Assembly (NCBI GenBank): GCA_043228905.1 | Contig: JBHGNT010000005.1 | Location: 1,550,001-1,614,000, forward strand | Length of the DNA: 64,000 nucleotides | Source of the DNA: Azolla caroliniana | Taxonomy: Eukaryota > Plantae > Polypodiophyta | Direction: 5' to 3' | Shown here: one piece after another, positions 56,008-64,000 of the stretch | Layout of the letters: every line of letters starts with the position of its first letter | How positions within the stretch are numbered: position 1 is the stretch's first letter | Program-made: the position numbers and the translations under genes | The notes under the pieces: model-generated | What the model saw: the letters and a program-made list of their open reading frames with translations, nothing else | What the model was told of the DNA's origin: nothing | The model's database searches: none

Positions 56008-56391
56008 GGTGGATTACATATTAGCCATTTGATTGTATAATTGGTTGGTGCATCAAAGAGATCTTTTCTTGAGAGGTAATCAGCGGCATAGGGAGGCTGC
56101 CTGCACTAGAATCCCTGTCGAGTATACTCGTGCCACAGTTAGGAAGGTCTTCAATGACATAATTTGAGAAGTGACACTGAGGACTGGCACAGTCATCAGT
56201 GTCACTCCTTGGTGGATCACATATTAGCCATTTGATTGTATAATTGGTTGGTGCATCAAAGAGATCTTTTCTTGAGAGGCAATCAGCGGCATAGGGAGGC
56301 TGCCTGCACTAGAATCCCTGTTGAGTATACTCATGCCACAGTTAGGAAGGTCTTCAATGACATGTAATTTGAGAAGTGACACTGAGGACTG
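56008..56391. repeat. Direct duplication of about 180 bp with a short spacer
   Basis: ggtggat.acatattagccatttgattg...gagaagtgacactgaggactg at 56008-56186 and 56211-56391, nearly identical. Confidence 0.92.
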
Positions 56392-58533
56392 CCAGTTGGT
56401 TATGTTCTAATGAACACCAGTTTAATGTGGGTTACTTTTTCATTTTATCTGGGCAGATGTGTATTGGGGTTCCCCAGTTCCTTATGATGTTTGCAAATAG
56501 CTTACTTGGTCATGTGTAATGGGTTGTGTAAATGCAAATGAGAGGAGCTTGAGATGTATTCCATGGTTCCGTAGCCGTTTCTGATTGTTTCAACTGTGTT
56601 GATGGTCATTGAAACACTGCTCTGCAGTGGATGCTTTTCAGTAAGAGTCAGTTGTAAATGATGGGGGAAGGACGACTGCTGATGTGCACAGTATTCCAGA
56701 CATTTTGAGGGATAAATATATAAGCCCTAACTTCCTATAAATCGCTGGAAAAGGGTCTTTGCATAAAGGTAGAAATTGTTGCCAGGAATAGACATGGTTA
56801 TTCCTCTGTGGGTAACTTTATGCTATGCATTCATTCCCATAAGAAACATCACAAGTGTTGTCAAAGATGGCAAAGTCAGGGAAATGGATGGAAAAGAAAA
56901 TTGGGCTAAATTAGTACTCATACCAAAATATTACGATAGAAGTCTGTCTTCTGTATTGCCCCGATTCCTGCCTTATTCTTTTTCTTTTAACTTTCCTTGA
57001 TAGATAAAGGAAGCACTCAGGCATCTCTCTCAATTGGACATAACTGGAGTTCCTCCTTCGCAGTCTATTTCTTGCTTCCAAGCAAAAATGCTTGCTCAAT
57101 GAAGACATATAAAACAAAAGTATTGGCTGCATTGAGCTATATATGATACATTTAAGGTAGCTTACCTACCAAGCCTATAATTGATATATAATATACATGT
57201 TTTACAAACAACGTTATGTATGCATGTAAATGGACATTGGCACAGTTCAAATAGTTTAGAAACTGACAAAGGATAGTTGAGTTCTGTGGAATTTGTGGAG
57301 TTATTATAGATTTTATCCACAGGTTCAAAACCTTGTGGATGATTGAAGGTCTTATATTCACTTATATAGAGTATAAGATATCTCTTTTTGGGAGAGAGTT
57401 ATGTGGGGCCGAGAATCACCAATGAGAGAATCACATGAAGGAACCCCTCCAAGCACAACATCAAGGTCATGAGTACAAAGTGTCACTCTTGAACCTTGCG
57501 ATATTTCATTCTAGTGGTTCAAACCAACAATATAGATCCATAATCAACCCAATTATGTACATCCATTTGGGTTGGAGAGGACTTTGAAGTTGATTCTAAT
57601 TAAAGACTTTGTGTAGATGTTAAACATGACAAACAAAACAAACATCGGTATTGCGGAAGGAAAGGCATTATCATGTAACCAATGGAAGGAGAAAATGATA
57701 GCATTTATATCAAGAACTCTTACCAATATGGAAGGTCATAATCTTAAAATGATCGATAAAGATGTGAATTAGTTTCGAGAGCTAAGATTGATCACCAATT
57801 AAAAGACAGAACTTGTATGCGATTTTTCTCAATCTTTAGATCGATTAATAAAGAGTTTGATTAGTTTCAGAACTAAGCGTCCTCACTAATAATGAAAACA
57901 ATCTATGCACTGCATTGTATGTAGTTTGTGAATATTTAATTAGATTATAAAAAGCCGGAACTTCTTGAATAGGCATAAGAGTACGGATGTGTGCATGATC
58001 TGTGTAGTGAGAAACTTGGGTACGAAGATGCCTATGATCGGTAGAATGGAGACAACCAAGAGAACCTGCACCTTATGACAGAATCCAAGATAGAAATTCT
58101 TTGATGAAACGAGAATCACGAGCATGGGAGTGGCCTATGCGATGTGATTTGCAAAATTTTCATTCGTACACAGCCTTTCGCATGATGATGAGGATGTGGT
58201 GCATTCTAAACAGCACACCTTCCGAAGATGAACGGGACTTAGAATGTCAATGGCAAACTAATGCAACAATCCAAAACCGCCCTTAAGACTTGGGCAGATA
58301 AGAGGTAGAGGGAAGTACCATAGGCTTTGGTGTGCAAACAAGTTTGTTTGTGAATGGAGCAGACGAGAGATGGGATAGCAAGTAAAGAAGAAAGTTAGTT
58401 GGGCACAACAAAATGCGAGGCAATGTGGGCGCATGCACGTGCATGGGTGGCGGCAGCGGGACACGATCAAGCTCGGGCAGGGCGGGACCCTCGAATACAA
58501 GTGGGTGGGACAGTTGGGCTGGACTAGTCGAAT

Positions 58534-60315
58534 TCAAGCGGGTTGCCATGCGGAGAGGGTGAAGAGAGGGGTGTCATGCCAGCAGAGCGAGAGTGAGGAG
58601 AGGCCAGGCGGCTGGGCAAGGCGGTAGTTTCCGTAGGAGAGGAGGAGGCGATTGGCGTGGAGCTTGGCCGCGTATGGGAATGGCACGTTGGCGAGGCCCG
58701 CGAGCCGCAGCCGGCGCTCCCATTGGTGGATGCTCTCGTGCCTCTCCACGCGTGCGGCGCCCTCGCACGCCACTATGTTGTGGATCTGCCAGCCCAGCAC
58801 ATGCTTCTCCATCGCCATCCGCTCCCTGCTCTGCTTCGCCGTTAGGCTCCCCTCCAGGCTGTCGAACATGGCTGCGTAGTAGTGCAGCGCAGTCACGAAC
58901 CTCTCCATGAAATCTGCCCCGTTGTGCTTCGATTCCTGCTCCATCACCACCATCACCTTGGGCCCCAAGCTTCTCAGCATGTACAGCACCTTCTCCCCCC
59001 TGCTGGCCACTTTGTATCCCCTATACATAGGGTTAGGGTTGGGGTTAGGGTTAGGGCTTGGGTTAGGGCTTATTCGATGTGGGCTTCCGTTGAGGTCTGC
59101 TGCCCGTTGAGGTTCCAGTTCCTCCACCTCTTCCGAGAGAAGGTAATGGAGCTGCAGCACCGAGCTGATGGCCACCGCCTCCCCCGTCTTGACCTTGAGC
59201 ATCCGGGCCTCGAGATCTTGCAGCTGAGCCAGCAGCACGGGGTTGAACTGGAAGGGTATGTCGAGGCTCTCCGCTTCCTCGCAAAGCTTCTGCCCCACCT
59301 GATCCAGCGCCTCCTTCCGCTGATTGACGATGGTGATGCGGAGGTGCGGAGGGCCGCCGATCCGAGTGGCCAGCATCTGCAGGAGGGTCACCCACTGGAT
59401 GGCCTCAGAGGTCCCACCCAGGTCGATGATGTGGACGACCCTCTCGTTCTCCATGGCCTCCAAGATGGAATGATTGACAATGGTGAAGGCGAGCTTGAGG
59501 TAAGGGCAGAGATTGAAGAAGAGGTGGGTGGCGTCCTGGTGATGGCTGCACATCTGGGACGGCAGTTGGGTGCAGTTGAGGGCTCTGTAGAGGCCAGGCC
59601 ATGTCTTGATGGCTCTGGCCGCCAGAGCTTCCATGAAGTGGCTGGCCACTCTCTGCATAGGGTCGCCTCCTCCTCCTCCTCCTCCTCCTCCGCCGCCGCC
59701 GCCGCCATGGCTGAGCGGAGAGGATGCTGGCGCCGCCGCCATGACCAGGGCGGACAGCTGCTCCAGGAGGAGGTTAGTATAATCCATGTGTCCTGCGGCC
59801 ACTGCGCCGGCACACTTCATGAGGAGCTGGATGATGAGCAGGCCCCTCTCCTCCGACTTGAGCTGCGGATCACCACCTCCGAAGAAGAATGGCGGCGACG
59901 AAGATGATGACGACAATGATGAAGACGATGAAGGAGGGGGCGATGGTGACGGCGATGGCGATGGCGATTTTGGAGATGGCGATTTTGTTGATGGAATGGC
60001 AGTAGGATGAACACCATTATTGGAGGAGGAGGATGCTGCGCAGGCGGCTACATTGGAGCTAGCTGTAGCAGAAGCTGTAGAAGTAGAAGTAGAAGTAGAA
60101 GTAGCTAGGACCATCCTCATCATGTGAATGTATTGCTGCTGTGGATGAGAATTGATGATGCCATTAGAGAGTGCTAGGGAAGACAGGGATTGCAGAGCTG
60201 GAGTAGGAGTAGCAGTAGCAGTAGCTGTAGAAGGAGTGGAATTGGATTGATTGGAGATGGAGATGGAGATGGAGGGAAGAGAAGCAGAGGCCTCTGGTTG
60301 GATCATTCCTGGCAT
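58534..60315 (-). CDS. SCL3: GRAS transcription regulator, SCARECROW-LIKE 3 subfamily, intronless, 593 aa
   Basis: KSEERGL..IQLL..CA, GDPMQRVA, VHIIDL, GPPHLRIT, EEAESLDIPFQFNP, LKVKTGEAVAISSVLQLH (SCL3-typical), NIVACEG..RVERHE, terminal SAW. Confidence 0.93.
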   Translation of the reverse strand: MPGMIQPEASASLPSISISISNQSNSTPSTATATATPTPALQSLSSLALSNGIINSHPQQQYIHMMRMVLATSTSTSTSTASATASSNVAACAASSSSNNGVHPTAIPSTKSPSPKSPSPSPSPSPPPSSSSSLSSSSSSPPFFFGGGDPQLKSEERGLLIIQLLMKCAGAVAAGHMDYTNLLLEQLSALVMAAAPASSPLSHGGGGGGGGGGGGGGDPMQRVASHFMEALAARAIKTWPGLYRALNCTQLPSQMCSHHQDATHLFFNLCPYLKLAFTIVNHSILEAMENERVVHIIDLGGTSEAIQWVTLLQMLATRIGGPPHLRITIVNQRKEALDQVGQKLCEEAESLDIPFQFNPVLLAQLQDLEARMLKVKTGEAVAISSVLQLHYLLSEEVEELEPQRAADLNGSPHRISPNPSPNPNPNPNPMYRGYKVASRGEKVLYMLRSLGPKVMVVMEQESKHNGADFMERFVTALHYYAAMFDSLEGSLTAKQSRERMAMEKHVLGWQIHNIVACEGAARVERHESIHQWERRLRLAGLANVPFPYAAKLHANRLLLSYGNYRLAQPPGLSSLSLCWHDTPLFTLSAWQPA

Positions 60316-63300
60316 GTTCTTCTTGCATTTTCTTTGCTTAAGCCTTACATTAGAATTAGAAGGTGAAGGAAGGAAGAAGGAAAGAACCCTTGAGAATCAC
60401 CTCCACCAGCTGCAGGCATGGGCCATAGGTAAAGGGTCTCAAGGAAAAGAGGATTAGATAAGGATGGCCGGGTGGGCGGGCGGCCGGGCGGGCAGGGATA
60501 TGGCCGGGCGGGCCCGCCTAGTACCTACAGCAAGTTCGATCCCCCCCAAGTTCCCCACCGAGGTTCTCACCTTGTATGTACATATGCACACAAGAGAGAC
60601 ATCAGAGAAGACCCATAGGGCCTTATTATATGGCCCAAACATGTCCCCATTCGTGTCCAAATTCGAAGTGTTATCTCCCGAATTCGAAGTCCCTTTTTCC
60701 TTCCTTCTTCCCTTTCTTTGTTTTATTATCTTTACGAAACGGACGTTGCGATTAATGGCGCACATTGTGACTTTTTTGTTTTTTGTTTTTTGTTTCTTTA
60801 GCGATGATCGTTTGCCTTTCTTTCCTTTGCTTGTTGTGAGAATGTCGAGTGAAGTTTTATTAATATAATGGCTGGCGCACACGGAAAGAGAGAATAAAAT
60901 CGGCCCAATAAAGCCAAGCATGACAATTAAAGCGTCAAAAGACCCGACAGAGGGACGTACGTGCGTGTGTGTTGCTCATTTGTCAATGCGAAAGGGCTCC
61001 TGTCGCATGCATTAGTTCGGTGGGAGAGAGAAAGAGTCTCTCTAGAGGTTTTGTATTGTCACTATCTTCCATTCAAACAACCATTTCATACTGCCACTTT
61101 TGTTCTTTTCCGTAATAGTGCGTGTTTGAGCGACCGCGAGAAAGAGAGGGGTTTTGTTCTTTTCATAAGAGTGGGCATTAGAATTCAAAGGGCCTTCTTT
61201 ATTTGTTTTGCCTCTTTTCTTTATCTTTAGTTGATATCTCTACATCTGTGTTGTCCTTTCTCTAGAAACTCTCTCTGTGGCTTGTCCTTGGTCTGGGCGT
61301 CAAATTATGGTGAAATAATTGAAAAACAAGAAAGACCAAGCTCTCATTACAAGAATTGGTTTGTTGATTGATTAGAAAAATGGGCATTATACTTCGTACC
61401 ACACAGAATAAAACCATCTCTTTAAGCAAAGTGTAGTGTGGAGCACACACACTTTGGTGTCGCTTCAAGATGTTGGGTGAAACATTTGGAATGAAGATAA
61501 AACGTAAACTTATGATGCCATGAGGATTTTATACCCATCTAATAATTTGTAGCTCACATTGAGAACGATGCTTTGAAAAACCTACATAAACCCTAAAACC
61601 CCCCACGAGATCCCCATGTTTTTTGAATGTATGGAATTATTTTAAATTAAGAGAATGATGGCATGACTTAAAAAATTGAGGGAGATGTCTTTCCCTTTCC
61701 GTGAAGAGTTTTATATTAAAGCATTGGGTTTGATGAACCTTGGTTAGATTCACATTAGTTGAAAGATGTAACGGGGGAGAACTTGGTGTGGTCCAATCAA
61801 AAGTTGAAAGTTACTCGATTGACGCACAATGCATCATGTCGAAAATTGTAAACATCAGAATATCGTAGGCTCCATTCCAATGAAAATTTAATGGTGTTAA
61901 ACTTTGGAGTGGCAATATGGTCGCAAGTGACTATGGTTAGATGAATATATATGATGATTATCAATTGATTAGAGAGTTCACAATCGTGGGTTAGCAAGTT
62001 AGCTTTAGAGATTCTTTATTCGAATATGAAATTTGTGAATACAAATTGAGGATATTGGTTATTCCATTTTGAAAGCAAAACAAACATGAAGCAACTTCTT
62101 ATTGTTTCACATAAATTTGTGAACAAAAAATCAATGAAATACATGCGATGGCATCTTCCAGTATGATCATCTCAAATTTGTTCAATAGACAACATGTTTC
62201 ATGTTCCTTCATGGGTATTGAATTCAAGTCCTCATATGATGGTAGCATAGTATAATATTTCAAAATTACACTAAACATGTTAAATTAATATCTCAACCAA
62301 GTTCTCATATGATGTGTATCCAGAAAGTACATTGGGCTTGAGTTTGCTTGGAACAAACTAGAGAAGCAAGAAACAAGATTGACTATGGATTTGTGAACAT
62401 ATGGACTGGAGGATTACTAAAATATTGGGTTCTTAGACACTTCAAGCGCTTTATTATGAGGTTGAAGTATTTCGGTGGTAGCATCACCAAGTCAATCATG
62501 AAAGAGTTTGAAAATGTCAAAAACGTCTTCTAATAAAGTTCGAGCCAAAACATGTGCCATTATCTATGCCCAATGTTGTCTTCTAAATAGGTTTTTTTGA
62601 CATAACCTACCTTCTTGAATATGCTCAAAAACTCTCTTGGAACATGGGAGGCAAGTGCAACAATTTCATCAGAAAATGAAGTAATGTCAATTTGGTGTTG
62701 GTATTGTTTATGTTTCTTGGCTCTTGCCTCACTTGTGAGGGAGTACTTTATATGTATTCTAACTTCTAATACATCTTGGCATGTTATTAATCGTTAAAAC
62801 AAAGTTGTCCATACATGTTGTTATTACAATCTAAACTAGAAAAGACAATACATACCAGATTCTATCGTTTACAATTACATTTGTTATCATTAGAAATATA
62901 TCTATAGGATCTTTCTAAAGAAATGGTTATATTGTATTATAATATGATTATTCTTGTATTCCATGTAATGAAACAAAAACAAGGTGGCCGCCTAACGAAA
63001 CATATTCCTCTTTTGGACTATTAAATGTTAGATAATTATTATAGTGATCATGTAGGTGTGTGCCAATGCACCTAAAAACATAAAAAGATATATGATTCAT
63101 ATCATACGATATATAAATTGAGGTTAACGATTCACATATATAATGATGTACAATACTAAAGAGCATACAAAAGTAAACATTCTAAGTTAGATATAAAACT
63201 AGCACACCACAATTCACTATGGAACCCCAACAACTTACCCTTCTTTTATAGTTGCGGTAAATGGTTCCGAACGTGATCAAAATGGGAATTGCAACTGTTT

Positions 63301-64000
63301 GTTACTAGTATTTTTGACCAAGTCTTTAGGTAAAGTTCACCCTTCAATAACTATTTTATGGGAGGATATCAATTTATCCCCTCGGATGACGTACTTGGGT
63401 AAGATTGTCTCTTCACTTTTTAGCTACATTAGTCTTCATACCTTTGTGGGTCAAAGTTTTCCCCATTGTCTTGCTTTTTCTAGTCTAGCACTTTATCGAA
63501 TGAATAACTTCATTGAATCTAGCAATAAGATGGTATTGAAACAAGATAAATTGCTTTATTGAATTTTAACTTTAATAACTATCTAGATAGTAAACTCAAT
63601 ATATTTTATTATGTTAATCCAAGTTATGATATAGCAACGCTTTATAGCATTTCCATTGTATCCTTCCGTCCGGTTTGGGTTTCTTTCTAGAATAAGAAAA
63701 GATTAAAAGAAAATTTGAAACTTATAAAGTATGGTACTAGGAGCTAATTCTAATAGCTTGAAAGGGCACTACGGATAAGCTTTGACTTTATCTGGTTAAG
63801 AGACTAAGTTGGCAAAATATTATGAGTTTGATTAGATGGTTGAAAGTTATCGCAATAGGTCAATATAACAATTACAGTTAGTAACTTAGTAAGTTCACTT
63901 CTAAAAGGGCACCTTTGATAAACAAAGTTACATTGTCAAAGAACTTCTAGCCACTAACATATTTGTATATACTTGCTTAGGAGCATATAAATTTCTCTCT

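Noticed and set aside
58882-59907. 341-aa plus-strand ORF and other ORFs overlapping the GRAS gene
   Set aside because: Shadow ORFs caused by the high GC of the GRAS CDS; no recognisable motifs.

Overview
Eukaryotic land-plant nuclear DNA with GT-AG introns, microsatellites and plant-specific GRAS and PEPC genes. It is gene-dense with TE-filled introns; a non-seed vascular plant such as a fern is my guess, not proven. Eight protein-coding genes are supported: the last exon of a bacterial-type PEP carboxylase (+), the SPRY/RING E3 ligase RKP (11 exons, about 16 kb, +), a TSC10/KDSR-like short-chain reductase (-), the rRNA methyltransferase RRP8 (+), an intronless DEAD-box helicase RH35/DDX41 (+), a DUS1-like tRNA dihydrouridine synthase (-), a LARP1-like La-motif protein (+) and an intronless SCL3-like GRAS factor (-). 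The accessory DNA is dominated by decayed copies of one LINE family (RTE-X-like). It has a conserved 3' double stem-loop with a pyrimidine tail, a consensus PCNA-binding (PIP) motif in the C-terminal tail of ORF2, and head-to-tail stacking inside RKP introns. Other elements are a solo LTR with a 5-bp TSD nested in a LINE, a near-perfect 5 x 127-bp tandem array at a LINE 5' truncation junction, hAT remnants and a tRNA-like sequence. There is no CRISPR array or prokaryotic system. Splice sites were read by eye and need RNA-seq confirmation.
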